Shown here piece after piece: positions 21,500 through 32,088 of a stretch of DNA of 64,000 nucleotides (within the stretch, counting starts at the first letter, position 1; each line of letters starts with the position of its first letter). Source of the stretch: an uncultured Gammaproteobacteria bacterium (GTDB lineage Bacteria > Pseudomonadota > Gammaproteobacteria > Steroidobacterales > BM003). Below the pieces are notes generated by a model, which was given only the letters and a program-made list of their open reading frames with translations, searched no databases and was not told the origin of the DNA. Where the stretch lies: the NCBI GenBank assembly GCA_963823435.1, contig CAWGLN010000001.1, positions 138,365 through 202,364 of the forward strand. Direction: 5' to 3'. The translations under genes and the position numbers were made by a program.

Positions 21500-22681
21500 T
21501 TAGAACGCGTACTTGGCCGAGATCATCAAACGGGTCAGGTCGCCGTCAACACCATTTTCCATCTCACGTGTCGCGTAGAAGATTTCAGCACCGATATCCA
21601 GCTTGGGCGCCGGTGTGTAAATCAGGTTCACGTGTATGCTGGAAGCTTCCTTGGTTGAGTTGGGAGCTTCAACCGGATTGTCGATAGTCAGGAAGCCGTA
21701 GGTGAAGTTGGAACGCCACTGGTCGCTCCACAGGTGACGATAGGATACAAAGGCACCTACTTCATCCTGGGCCTTCAAGTTATCATAGTCACCCACCGTA
21801 TTGAGAGTTGCCACTGCATCCACACCCGCTGCCAGACCCAGGTAACGGCCAACACCGGAACCGGCGGTCGCCATCCAGCGCAGATCATTTTTGCCGAACA
21901 TAAATTTGCCGGACGCGCTTACCGCAAGCGCCGTCTCGTTTACGTCCATCGCCGTGTTATGTACGTCAAGCTGCCGAAAAAGACCGGCAACCTTGATGTA
22001 GCCACCGTTACTGAGCTTGAAGGTATAGCGGGCCACCAGGTCGGGGATGGTATCCGTGCCTGAAGACTGTCTGACCGCTCCGCCCTCAAGGGAATAGAAC
22101 GTTTCTGGATTTTCAGCCGCGAGTTCAAGGTTTCCGGTGGTATAACGCACCTGGGCCTGACGTACGAAGGTCGTGCCTTCGGCCGGACCCACAAAGTCCA
22201 GGTTCTCGGGCAATGCCGCCACATCCTGGAAAGTCGACCAGGTCTGGCCAAACAGCCATCCGTTGTATTTCAGGAAGGCATGACGCAGACGCGGACTAAA
22301 GGAGTTCGACACCAGCTCATTGCCATCGGAATGGGTGAAGAAATCCAGTTCCACGTAACCGCCGATCTTGTCACCACCCTCGGTGACCGTGTCAGCCTTG
22401 AAGAACAATCGGGTCTCGCGAGCCTGGAAGTCCGCAACTATATCGGAACTGACGTCTGCTCCAACCGGAACGGCACTGGGCAGGTAGAACTGCCTTCCCA
22501 GGTCTCCGCTACCGGGCGCGCCTGCGCTGTAGTCACTGAACATGGCGTCAAATTTGGCGTAGCCGCCAAATACATAGGTTGTACCCGCGCCATCTGCCAA
22601 GGCAGTACCGACGCCCGATACCAGCAGGGCCGATGCAATCAATGCGCTCTTGCCGGTCTTTATCATTAATTTGGTTTTCAT
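21500..22681 (-). CDS. Outer-membrane porin, DcaP-like
   Basis: ORF 21500..22744, with a likely start at 22681 (MKTKLMIKTGKSALIASALLVSGVGTALA, a signal peptide). It shows an alternating beta-strand pattern and ends in ...ISAKYAF, the C-terminal Phe typical of OM beta-barrels. Confidence 0.75.
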   Translation of the reverse strand: MKTKLMIKTGKSALIASALLVSGVGTALADGAGTTYVFGGYAKFDAMFSDYSAGAPGSGDLGRQFYLPSAVPVGADVSSDIVADFQARETRLFFKADTVTEGGDKIGGYVELDFFTHSDGNELVSNSFSPRLRHAFLKYNGWLFGQTWSTFQDVAALPENLDFVGPAEGTTFVRQAQVRYTTGNLELAAENPETFYSLEGGAVRQSSGTDTIPDLVARYTFKLSNGGYIKVAGLFRQLDVHNTAMDVNETALAVSASGKFMFGKNDLRWMATAGSGVGRYLGLAAGVDAVATLNTVGDYDNLKAQDEVGAFVSYRHLWSDQWRSNFTYGFLTIDNPVEAPNSTKEASSIHVNLIYTPAPKLDIGAEIFYATREMENGVDGDLTRLMISAKYAF

Positions 22682-22965
22682 TCCTTCTTTCCCCCCAATA
22701 GCGAAACAGGATGTAAGGACTGTTAATCCTCGTCGAATCATCATGGATGATCACACCTCCAGACCATTAGCCAATGGTCGTAGGTTCCTGAAGACCTGTT
22801 TGGACTCAATCCAGGATCAGGGTAAAAAATGCCCCGCCAGACATCCGGTGTGCGACGAAAGTATAATTGGACCCCACTAAACAGGGGGCAACACTTGGGT
22901 GATGTAACGGAGTGGCCCGCTCCGACCCCCTTATGTCCACGAAATATACTGCTGGGAGAGGCACC

Positions 22966-24913
22966 ATGAGCGAAGTACACGTCTACCCAATCAATAGCGC
23001 AATTGCGAAATCCGCCCATATGGATGAAGCCGGCTATAAGAAAGCGTACCGGCAGTCGGTGGAGCATAACGAGGATTTCTGGGCGGAAGCGGGCAAGCGC
23101 CTGGACTGGATAAAGCCCTACTCCAAGATCAAGGATGTCTCGTTTGACAAAGAGAACCTGCGTATACGCTGGTATTACGATGGCGTTCTCAACGTATCGG
23201 CCAACTGCATAGACCGGCACCTGGCCGACCCGGAAAGACCAGGTAGCGCTTATCTGGGAAGGCGACAATCCGGCCGAAGATGCCCATATTACGTATGGCG
23301 AATTGCACCAGCACGTTTGCCGGTTCGCCAACACCCTGAAATCCCTGGGCGTAAAGAAAGGTGACAGGGTCACCATCTATATGCCGATGATCCCGGAAGC
23401 CGCCTACGCGATGCTTGCCTGCTCACGTATCGGCGCCGTGCATTCAGTGGTATTTGGCGGCTTCTCGCCGGACTCCCTGGCAGGAAGAATCATCGACTGT
23501 GATTCACACATCGTCATAACCGCTGACGAGGGTCTGCGTGGCGGACGCACCATTCCCCTGAAGAAAAACGTGGACGCCGCGGCCGCCATTCCGGGTTGTG
23601 AAATACTTAAAACCGTCCTGGTGGTGCGCCGTACCGGCGGCAAGGTGGCCTGGACGGAAGGCCGTGATCACTGGTATCACGAAGCGAGCGCAGACCAGGG
23701 AGGGGATTGCCCCCCGGAACCCATGAACGCGGAAGATCCGCTGTTCATACTCTACACCTCCGGTTCGACCGGACAACCCAAGGGTGTGTTGCATACCACC
23801 GGTGGGTACCTGGTATACACATCCCTTACCCATGAACTGGTGTTCGATTACAAACCCGGCGATATCTACTGGTGCACGGCAGATGTAGGCTGGGTTACCG
23901 GGCACAGTTATATCGTTTACGGACCCCTGGCCAATGGCGCCACCTCGCTGATGTTCGAGGGCGTGCCTAACTACCCCTCGTTCTCGCGCTTCTGGGAGGT
24001 GGTCGACAAGCACAAGGTGAATATCTTCTACACCGCGCCCACGGCGATACGCGCCCTGATGCGAGAGGGCGCCGACCCGGTGAAGAAGACTTCGCGCAAA
24101 AGCCTGCGTCTGCTTGGAACCGTGGGCGAACCTATAAACCCTGAGGCCTGGGAATGGTACTACCACACGGTAGGCGACGCCCGCTGCCCCATCGTAGACA
24201 CCTGGTGGCAAACCGAGACCGGCGGTATTTTGATCAGCCCGCTGCCCGGCGCCACGGCCCTCAAGCCCGGCTCTGCGACCCGGCCGCTATTTGGCATCAA
24301 ACCGGCCTTGGTGGACAACGAGGGCGGAGTCCTTGAAGGAGCCAATGAAGGCAATCTCATCATCACAGATTCCTGGCCCGGCCAGATGCGATCGGTGTAT
24401 GGCGATCATCAACGCTTCATAGATACGTACTTCTCAACCTTCCCGGGAAATTACTTCACCGGCGACGGAGCCAAGCGTGACGAGGACGGTTATTACTGGA
24501 TAACCGGCAGGGTGGACGATGTCCTGAATGTCTCCGGCCATCGTATGGGCACGGCCGAAGTGGAAAGCGCGCTGGTGTCTCATCCCAAGGTCGCCGAGGC
24601 GGCTGTGGTAGGCTATCCCCACGACATCAAGGGCCAGGGTATTTATGTTTACGTTACCCTGGTGGCGGATGCGGAGCCCACCGATGAATTGAAGAAGGAA
24701 CTACGCAACTGGGTGCGCAAGGAAATCGGAGCTATCGCCTCCCCGGATCTTATCCAGTGGGCGCCGGGGCTTCCAAAAACGCGTTCCGGCAAAATCATGC
24801 GCAGGATCCTTCGCAAGATCGCGGCCAACGAATTCGAAAACCTGGGTGATACCTCTACCCTGGCCGACCCGGAAGTGGTTAAACAGTTGATCGAGAATCG
24901 CGCGAATAAATAA
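22966..24913 (+). pseudogene. acs: Acetyl-CoA synthetase, one apparent +1 indel (extra C in the CCC run near 23230)
   Basis: The ATG at 22966 has a GGGAGAG Shine-Dalgarno (MSEVHVYPI...NCIDRHLAD). The protein then continues in the +1 frame as [34 protein letters not shown]... (ORF 23303..24913) with [19 protein letters not shown] and [12 protein letters not shown]. Confidence 0.9.
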
Positions 24914-24923
24914 GGAACACCAA

Positions 24924-25598
24924 GTGGCCTTGCGCCTGGCAGAAAAGATCATCATAGCTGACGACCACCCCCTGTTCCGGGGAGCGTTAAGAGAAGCGGT
25001 CTTGAAGGCCTGCCCCGGGGCAGTCATCGTCGAAGCTGAAACCTTCGCGGAACTTCAGGCGGCGACGGACGAGCACGCGGATGCCGATCTTCTGCTGCTG
25101 GATTTGAATATGCCAGGCGCCAGCGGTTTTTCCAGCCTGATATACGTGCGTTCCAAGCACGGGAGTCTGCCTGCGGTGGTGATCTCGGCACTGGAGGAGA
25201 CCTGGGTGATACGTCGCGCTATCGCCCATGGCGCCGCCGGCTTCATACCCAAGTCGTCACCGGTGAGCGTGATCTCCGAGGCCTTGAAGGCAGTGCTTGA
25301 GGGAGACTGTTGGTTGCCCGCCGGCATCGACGCCACTGACGCCGCCCTGGATCAGGGCGAGCAAACAGTGGCAGACCGCCTGGCGCAACTTACGCCGCAG
25401 CAATTCAGGGTTTTCAGCATGCTGTCGGAAGGTTTGCTGAACAAGCAAATCGCCTATGAACTTGGGGTGTCAGAAGCCACCATCAAGGCGCACGTGACGG
25501 CGGTTATGAAAAAGCTCAAGGTAACCAATCGAACCCAGGCGGTTCTGGAAGCTACACACCTGGCGCTGGAGAGGAAGCTCGTGAACGATCCGGCCTGA
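24924..25598 (+). CDS. crbR: LuxR/FixJ-family response regulator (CrbR-like)
   Basis: 224-aa ORF with a GTG start. It has a REC domain (IIIADDHPLF...LLLLDLNMPG) and a C-terminal LuxR HTH (LTPQQFRVFSMLSEGLLNKQIAYELGVSEATIKAHV). It sits between acs and an SSF-domain hybrid kinase. Confidence 0.75.
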   Translation: MALRLAEKIIIADDHPLFRGALREAVLKACPGAVIVEAETFAELQAATDEHADADLLLLDLNMPGASGFSSLIYVRSKHGSLPAVVISALEETWVIRRAIAHGAAGFIPKSSPVSVISEALKAVLEGDCWLPAGIDATDAALDQGEQTVADRLAQLTPQQFRVFSMLSEGLLNKQIAYELGVSEATIKAHVTAVMKKLKVTNRTQAVLEATHLALERKLVNDPA

Positions 25599-25617
25599 CC
25601 AGGCGCCTGGTCAGGCC
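25592..25617. terminator. Perfect 26-bp palindrome shared by the convergent crbR and crbS 3' ends (candidate bidirectional terminator)
   Basis: ggcctgaccaggc|gcctggtcaggcc. It contains the TGA of crbR (25596-25598) and the TCA, reverse complement of TGA, of crbS (25611-25613). Confidence 0.4.
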
Positions 25618-28600
25618 TTTTCCCTACCCTGTAACAAGCTGGTCAGAGTCGCCCTCAAGGCCGCCGGTTTCACGGGCTTCTGCAACATCAAGAAGCCCGC
25701 CTCGCGAATCAACAATTTCACTTCATCGGAATTATCAGCGGTAATGAATGCACCTGGCACAGCCAGCCCCAGGTGATCGCCAAGAATCCGCACCACGTCC
25801 AGGCCGTTCTCTTGATCCAGGCGGTAATCGACCAGCATGGCGTCCGGGACCAGACCATCGGGCAGTAGTTGCAGCAACTCTTCGCTCGACCTGGCCCCGA
25901 TGACCTCGCACCCCCAACGCTGCAGCAAGGCCTGCATACCGTCCAGGATTTCCTGCTCGTTATCCACGCAAACCACCGTGGCGCCTGCAAGACGACCAAT
26001 CGGAATCTTGGGAGCTTCCACTTTTTGCCCCAGCACGACCTGGTTGACCGCCAGCGGCAAACTCACGGAGAACATACTCCCCTTGCCAAGCTGGGACCGC
26101 ACCAGCACTGTATGACCAAGCATTCGTGCAACGCGATCAACGATAGCCAGTCCGAGGCCGAGACCTTTCTCCTTGCCTCCGGGACCCAGCTCCAGGCGCT
26201 TGAACTCGACAAAAATATCCTGCAGGTTCTCCTCCGGTATGCCCTGGCCCTGGTCCCAGACCTGCACTTCTACCTGATCACCCCTTAGCCTCGCAGCAAC
26301 CAGTACCTTGCCATTTGCGCTGTAGCGAAAGGCATTGGCAATCAGGTTCTGCAATATGCGCCGCAAGAGCTGTCTGTCGGATTTCACCACGCAGTCGATA
26401 CCAGATCCCCGCAGCTCTATTTCCAGGCCGCGTGCCCGGGCCAGCGGGGAAAACTGCTCATGCAGGACCTGTAACAGGTCAGCCAGGCGGAACTGACTGA
26501 TCTCCGGCACCAGGGCGCCGCTGTCGAGCTTGGAAATATCCAGTAGCCCACCCAGCAAGTCCTCGGCCGCGGCCAGGCTGTTATCCACCCGGTCCACCAG
26601 CTTGGCCTGCTCCTGCGGCAGGCTTTCCGCCTGCTCAGCCAGCACTGATATAAACAGGCGGGCCGCATTCAAAGGTTGCAGGAGATCATGTGTCGCCGCA
26701 GCCAGGAAACGTGTCTTGCTGCGGTTGGCCGTCTCAGCCTCGGCCTTGGCTGCCTCCAGGTCATGCATGGCCTTGTGAAGCTCGTTGGTGCGCTCTCGCA
26801 CCCGCTGCTCCAGGTTGGACTTGGCCTCCTCCAGCGCAAGCTCGGCCCTGCGACGACTGGTAATATCCTGGAACATGGCATACAAACCGCTTACCTGTTG
26901 CTGCTCGTCGAACTCCGGGATGTATGTCCCTATGCAATACACGCTCTCCCCCGAGCGGGTCTGTATTGCGAGATCGAATTCCTGCCTTTGACCTGACAAG
27001 GCCCTCTCCAGATACTCCGAACGTTCCAGCAACTGGCCCTCGGATAGCACCTCGTCAACGCGCTTGCCTATCACCTGCTCGGCAGGAAGATTCACGTAAT
27101 CCAGGTAACTCTTGTTGGCGAATCGGAAATATTGATCCTTGTCCAGGTAACTGAGCATTAACGGAGCATTGTCCGTGTACATCCGGATATTGTGCTCACT
27201 CTCACGCAAGGCCTCCTCTACCCGCTTGTGCTCGGTAATATCCGTAAAGGTAGAAACATAGCCCCCACCCGGCATTCGGTTGCCGCGTATCTCGATTACC
27301 TGGCCATCCGGACGCTGACGCTCGTAGCGGTAATTTTCACCTCCCCGCATGCGTTCCAGTCGCCGTTCCACGTGCTCCGGCACCTCGCCAGGACCACACA
27401 GACCTCTTTCGGCGTTGAATCGAATCAATTCCTCAACCGGCCGACCCACAAAGACCATTCCTTCCGGGTAATTGAGTAGTTCAAGGTAGCGGCGATTCCA
27501 GCCCACTATCCGCAGGTCTTTATCCACTACGGCAACGCCCTGGCTGATGCTGTGCAGAGTCGCCTCCAGCAAGCGCCGGTTGAAGGTCACCGCATCGGCT
27601 GTCTGATCCAGCAAAGCCAGCATGTCGCCAATCGCCATGCCGGTTTTTCTCAAGGCAGCCGTGAGAACGGCCCGCGCCGAGGCTGATCCGATGGCGCCCG
27701 CCAGCAACCTCTCCGTGAAGCGGACGATTTCGCCATCGGCAAGTATCCCGGGATCCAGCGCCACACCCTTGTCTTTCTCGTACTTCTCGAAGGAGCGTTG
27801 CGTGTGGCGGCGCCCGACAAAGCGGGAAGCCAGGGCCTGCAAGTCTCTTACCGTGGCATGCTGCTGCCAGCGAGAGGGCAAGGACGGCGGGCGCCTGCGC
27901 GGATCCTCCACAAATGCCACGGCCTGCAACTGCTCACGCAGCGAGGGCGCCCACAAGGCAGAACCCACCACCAGTCCGATCACGTTAAGCGAAAGGGACA
28001 GGGCCACCCCGTGGGTGATGTGGGACATACCGCCCAACCCGAACAAGGCCTCGGGCCTGAGCCACTGCATGCCCCATATGCCGTTTGCTATCCACTGCAG
28101 GTCGCCACCGGCGGAACGCGCCAATCCGGGCAGCAACAGGGTATAGGCCCATGCCCCAAAACCCAGTCCCAGCCCCAGCAGGGCGCCACGTCGACTGGCA
28201 TTACGCCAGAACAAACCGGCAATAATCGCCGGGGCAAACTGGGCGACGGCGGCAAAAGACAGGAGGCCAATAGAAGCCAGTCCAGCCCCCTGGCCGGTCA
28301 ATCTGTAATACAGGTAGGCGGCCAGGGTCAGGGCAACAATGGTTGCCCGCCTGACATTCAGCAAAATTCGGCTCATGTCCTCGCGCAAGTGCAAGCCAAG
28401 AGACTTTGCGCCGAGCAGCAAGGGCAGGACGATATCGTTGCTTACCATCGTGGCCAGGGCCACGGTGGCCACGATTACCATTCCGGTAGCCGCAGAGAAC
28501 CCACCCAGGAAGGCGAACAGACCCAGCGTCTGGTTTCCATGCGCCAGGGGCAAGGCCAGTACAAATGTATCGGCGTTGATCTGGCCGGTGCCGAACACTT

Positions 28601-29504
28601 TCAAGCCAGCCATGGCGATCGGGGGTACCGCCAACATGACCACGGCCAGGTAAAGCGGAAACAGCCATCGAGCCATGCGCAGGTCTTTTTCTCCGGCGCA
28701 TTCAACCACGGCAACATGGTATTGCCTGGGTAGGCAAAACATGGCCGCCATGGCCAGAACGGTCTGGGCGAAAAACCCGCCGGGCATTTCCTGGGGAAGA
28801 AACAAGGAACTCATGTCCCGATCAATGACCATGGTCTCAAGCGCTTCCTTGTACCCACCAAGTACCCCGTACATGGCAAACACCGCCACTGCGACCAGGG
28901 CCAACAACTTGACCACAGACTCGGTCGCAATGGCCAGCATCATGCCGCGATGGTGTTCGGATGCGTCTATGTGTCGGGTACCAAAAAGGATGGCAAACAC
29001 CGCCAGCAACAGCGCCAAATAGAATGCTGTTGACGGGGTCCCGCCGCCGGCCGCCGCTGTACTACCAGTTAGAACATCGAAGGAGGTGGCCACGGCTTTG
29101 AGCTGAAGGGAGATATAGGGAATGATCCCGACCACGGCACTGACGGTCACCAGCACAGAAATACCCCTGGACATGCCGTAGCGAGCCGCAATGAAATCCG
29201 CGATGGTAGTGAGATTCTGCTTCTTGCTGACTTCTACAATCCGTCGCAAGACCTCCCATCCAAATACCCACATGAGGATAGGCCCGAGGTAAATCGGCAC
29301 ATAGCCCCAACCGGTAGATACCGCGGTACCCACCGCACCGTAAAAAGTCCAGGACGTGCAATAGACTGCCAGGGAAAGGCTGTACACCAGCGGCCCGTTT
29401 AATGGTCGCTTGCCTGCCGCATCCCTGCTATCGCCCCAGTAGGCAATCGCAAAGAGAAATCCAACATAGGCAAGTGACAGGGCAATCAGGATGCCTGTCT
29501 GCAA
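25611..29504 (-). CDS. crbS: Hybrid sensor histidine kinase with an N-terminal sodium:solute-symporter-like domain (CrbS/CbrA architecture)
   Basis: 1297-aa intact ORF with a TTG start preceded by AGGGGAGAG. The order is about 13 TM helices of SSF type, two PAS domains, HisKA (ATHDLLQPLNA), HATPase (GLGLGLAIVDR) and a C-terminal REC (VVCVDNEQEILD...LVDYRLD). Confidence 0.85.
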   Translation of the reverse strand: MQTGILIALSLAYVGFLFAIAYWGDSRDAAGKRPLNGPLVYSLSLAVYCTSWTFYGAVGTAVSTGWGYVPIYLGPILMWVFGWEVLRRIVEVSKKQNLTTIADFIAARYGMSRGISVLVTVSAVVGIIPYISLQLKAVATSFDVLTGSTAAAGGGTPSTAFYLALLLAVFAILFGTRHIDASEHHRGMMLAIATESVVKLLALVAVAVFAMYGVLGGYKEALETMVIDRDMSSLFLPQEMPGGFFAQTVLAMAAMFCLPRQYHVAVVECAGEKDLRMARWLFPLYLAVVMLAVPPIAMAGLKVFGTGQINADTFVLALPLAHGNQTLGLFAFLGGFSAATGMVIVATVALATMVSNDIVLPLLLGAKSLGLHLREDMSRILLNVRRATIVALTLAAYLYYRLTGQGAGLASIGLLSFAAVAQFAPAIIAGLFWRNASRRGALLGLGLGFGAWAYTLLLPGLARSAGGDLQWIANGIWGMQWLRPEALFGLGGMSHITHGVALSLSLNVIGLVVGSALWAPSLREQLQAVAFVEDPRRRPPSLPSRWQQHATVRDLQALASRFVGRRHTQRSFEKYEKDKGVALDPGILADGEIVRFTERLLAGAIGSASARAVLTAALRKTGMAIGDMLALLDQTADAVTFNRRLLEATLHSISQGVAVVDKDLRIVGWNRRYLELLNYPEGMVFVGRPVEELIRFNAERGLCGPGEVPEHVERRLERMRGGENYRYERQRPDGQVIEIRGNRMPGGGYVSTFTDITEHKRVEEALRESEHNIRMYTDNAPLMLSYLDKDQYFRFANKSYLDYVNLPAEQVIGKRVDEVLSEGQLLERSEYLERALSGQRQEFDLAIQTRSGESVYCIGTYIPEFDEQQQVSGLYAMFQDITSRRRAELALEEAKSNLEQRVRERTNELHKAMHDLEAAKAEAETANRSKTRFLAAATHDLLQPLNAARLFISVLAEQAESLPQEQAKLVDRVDNSLAAAEDLLGGLLDISKLDSGALVPEISQFRLADLLQVLHEQFSPLARARGLEIELRGSGIDCVVKSDRQLLRRILQNLIANAFRYSANGKVLVAARLRGDQVEVQVWDQGQGIPEENLQDIFVEFKRLELGPGGKEKGLGLGLAIVDRVARMLGHTVLVRSQLGKGSMFSVSLPLAVNQVVLGQKVEAPKIPIGRLAGATVVCVDNEQEILDGMQALLQRWGCEVIGARSSEELLQLLPDGLVPDAMLVDYRLDQENGLDVVRILGDHLGLAVPGAFITADNSDEVKLLIREAGFLMLQKPVKPAALRATLTSLLQGREKA

Positions 29505-29553
29505 GTGGAAACTCTCCCCTATTGAGTTGAGTTGATCAGGCGCAGCTAGATTC

Positions 29554-29718
29554 TACGGAGCCTCTGATTTGGTCTGGACGAAGTAGGTCGCTGGCGAAAA
29601 GATTCGGGTTCAAGGCGCCAATCGCACGGAATAGCGAGCTATTGCGAAGATTGGCAACATAGAAGCTGGAGCTTTTAGCCGCGAGATACAAGTTCATGAC
29701 CAGATCAGAGACTCCCTA
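29554..29718. repeat. MITE-like imperfect-palindromic element, copy R1 (A-to-B orientation)
   Basis: The termini tacGGAGCCTCTGATTTGGTC ... GACCAGATCAGAGACTCCcta are inverted repeats. Its two halves are partially complementary along the whole length. It is homologous to the copies at 33928..34104 (inverted) and 34829..34988. Confidence 0.8.
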
Positions 29719-29946
29719 ATACCATGGTCTAATAAGGCCCGCAAGCACAGGGTGGATTCGAAGCATTCGCCGCAACCCGACGATTATCGTCAGAAAAACG
29801 GTCATTACAGATAGACGGAATAACGCCCGGTCGGTCCCGGTTCAGCCCTCTAAGACTAAAGTAGGACTGCGCTGGCATAAGACCCTCAGCTAGATTGATC
29901 CTCGTTATAAATAGGGTCATAGCCACCAAAAGAGGGGGAGCGTCCC

Positions 29947-30207
29947 ATGAGTGGAAATAGCAAAGGGGCTGAATACTGGAAAAGAAACCTGAGCCTGATG
30001 ACGATCTGTCTGGTCATCTGGTTCGTAGTTTCCTACGTATTCGGAATTATTCTTGTAGAACCTCTGAACGCGATCAAGATCGGCGGGTATAAGCTCGGTT
30101 TCTGGTTTTCGCAACAGGGATCTCTCTACATTTTCGTCGTACTGATCTTCTACTACGCATCCAAGATGAATAAGTTGGATCGCGAATTCGACGTTCACGA
30201 AGACTGA
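29947..30207 (+). CDS. DUF4212 small membrane protein (putative solute:sodium symporter small subunit)
   Basis: 86-aa ORF with two TM helices, lying immediately upstream of an SSS-family permease. This is the conserved pairing for the family. Confidence 0.8.
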   Translation: MSGNSKGAEYWKRNLSLMTICLVIWFVVSYVFGIILVEPLNAIKIGGYKLGFWFSQQGSLYIFVVLIFYYASKMNKLDREFDVHED

Positions 30208-30220
30208 GGGGGGCGTAGCA

Positions 30221-32001
30221 ATGGATCTCAAGACATTAACCTTTATTGTCGTGGGCAGCTACTTTCGCCCTCTACATCGCAATTGCAATTTATTCCCGTG
30301 CCAAGAGCACAGGGGATTTCTATGTTGCAGGCAAGGGTATTCACCCGGTAGCAAACGGCATGGCCACGGCAGCTGACTGGATGTCGGCAGCATCATTCAT
30401 TTCCATGGCGGGCCTGATAGCCTTCCTTGGCTACGGCGGTTCGGTGTTCCTGATGGGCTGGACGGGCGGTTACGTGCTGCTCGCCATGTTGCTCGCACCC
30501 TACCTGCGCAAGTTCGGCAAGTTCACGGTTCCGGAGTTCATTGGTGAGCGTTATTACTCACAAAGCGCCAGGATCGTGGCTGTCATCTGCCTGATCGTTG
30601 CCTCTATCACTTACGTGATCGGGCAGATGAAAGGCATCGGTGTGGCGTTCTCACGATTCATGGAAGTGGATTTCACCCACGGCCTGATGGTGGGCATGGG
30701 TATCGTGTTCATTTATGCCGTGCTCGGCGGTATGAAAGGCATCACCTATACCCAGATTGCCCAGTACTGCGTGTTGATTTTCGCCTACACGATTCCGGCG
30801 ATCTTCATCTCCTTGCAGCTGACCGGCAATCCTATCCCGCAATTGGGATTGGGTAGCACCATGGCGGATGGCAGCGGCGTGTACCTGTTGGACAAGCTGG
30901 ATCTGATCGTGACCGACCTGGGTTTCAGGGAATACTCGACATCGTCCAACGGGAATATGCTTAACATGTTCCTGTACACACTGTCCCTGATGATCGGTAC
31001 CGCGGGTCTGCCCCACGTCATTATCCGTTTCTTCACCGTACCCAAGGTGCGGGACGCCCGTGCGTCAGCCGGCTGGGCATTGGTCTTCATCGCGATCCTG
31101 TACACCACAGCTCCGGCCGTGGGCGCCATGGCTCGCCTGAACCTGATCAATACTATCCAGACCGGTCCGGTAGGCTCTCCCACAGGCAATGTGCTGATAT
31201 CAGAACTGCCTGACTGGATGGGTCGCTGGCAGGCTACCGGCCTGCTGAACTGGGAGGACAAGAACGGCGATGGCCGTATCCAGTTCTACAATGAAGCAGG
31301 TATGGGTGACAAAGCGGCGGCCTATGGCTGGGCTGGCAATGAGATGACCAAGGTGGACAATGACATCATGGTGTTGGCCAACCCGGAAATCGCCGGTCTG
31401 CCCAACTGGGTGGTTGCCCTGGTAGCTGCAGGCGGTATTGCGGCGGCGCTGTCCACTGCGGCCGGTCTGTTGCTTGCCATCTCCTCGGCAATTTCTCATG
31501 ACCTGCTCAAGGGCGTGTTCATGAAGGATATTTCCGAGAAGAACGAGCTGATGGCAGGTCGTATCGCCATGGCCGGCGCCATTGTCGTGGCGGGGTACCT
31601 GGGTCTGAATCCACCCGGCTTTGCGGCACAGGTGGTGGCTTTGGCCTTCGGTCTGGCGGCCTCGTCGATTTTCCCTGCCCTGATGATGGGTATCTTCGAC
31701 AAGCGCGCCAACAGCAGCGGCGCCGTGGCTGGTATGTTGACCGGTCTGGGCTCGACCTTGCTGTACATCTTCTGGTTCAAGGGATGGTTCTTCATTCCTG
31801 GCACCGAGATGGCGGCCAATAACGCCTGCCAACTGGATCCTGGGTATTTCACCCGAGGCCTTTGGTGCGGTGGGTGCATTGCTTAACTTCGCGGTGGCTT
31901 ACGCGGTATCACACAATACTGCACCGCCTCCCGAGCACATCCAGCACCTGGTGGAAGACATTCGTATTCCGCGTGGCTCTGGTGGAGCAGCGGCTCACTA
32001 A
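30221..32001 (+). pseudogene. Sodium:solute symporter (SSS family, large subunit of the DUF4212-associated type, ActP-related), two apparent +1 indels near 30257 and 31827
   Basis: The ATG at 30221 gives MDLKTLTFIVVG. The frame then shifts into ORF 30246..31886 (ATFALYIAIAIYSRAK...VANGMATAADWMSAASFISMAG). The C-terminus (NWILGISPEAFGAVGALLNFAVAYAVS...GGAAAH*) is in a third frame that ends at 32001. Confidence 0.85.
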
Positions 32002-32026
32002 TCACACCCTGATGGTGTAATACAGC

Positions 32027-32064
32027 GGGGGGCATCCTGAACGGGATGTCCCCCGTTTCCTTTC
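32027..32064 (+). terminator. Candidate rho-independent terminator after the symporter
   Basis: 11-bp stem ggggggcatcc / ggatgtccccc (one G-U pair) with a 6-nt loop, followed by the T-rich gtttcctttc. Confidence 0.5.
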
Positions 32065-32088
32065 AGACTTCACCTGCAAGAATCTGCA

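Noticed and set aside
22912-23364. Treating 22912..23364 and 23303..24913, and the analogous split pairs elsewhere, as separate genuine genes
   Set aside because: The pieces are consecutive, non-overlapping-in-function segments of single conserved proteins. The upstream pieces dissolve into Arg/Pro/Gly-rich nonsense right after the junction, so they are reported as single disrupted genes.
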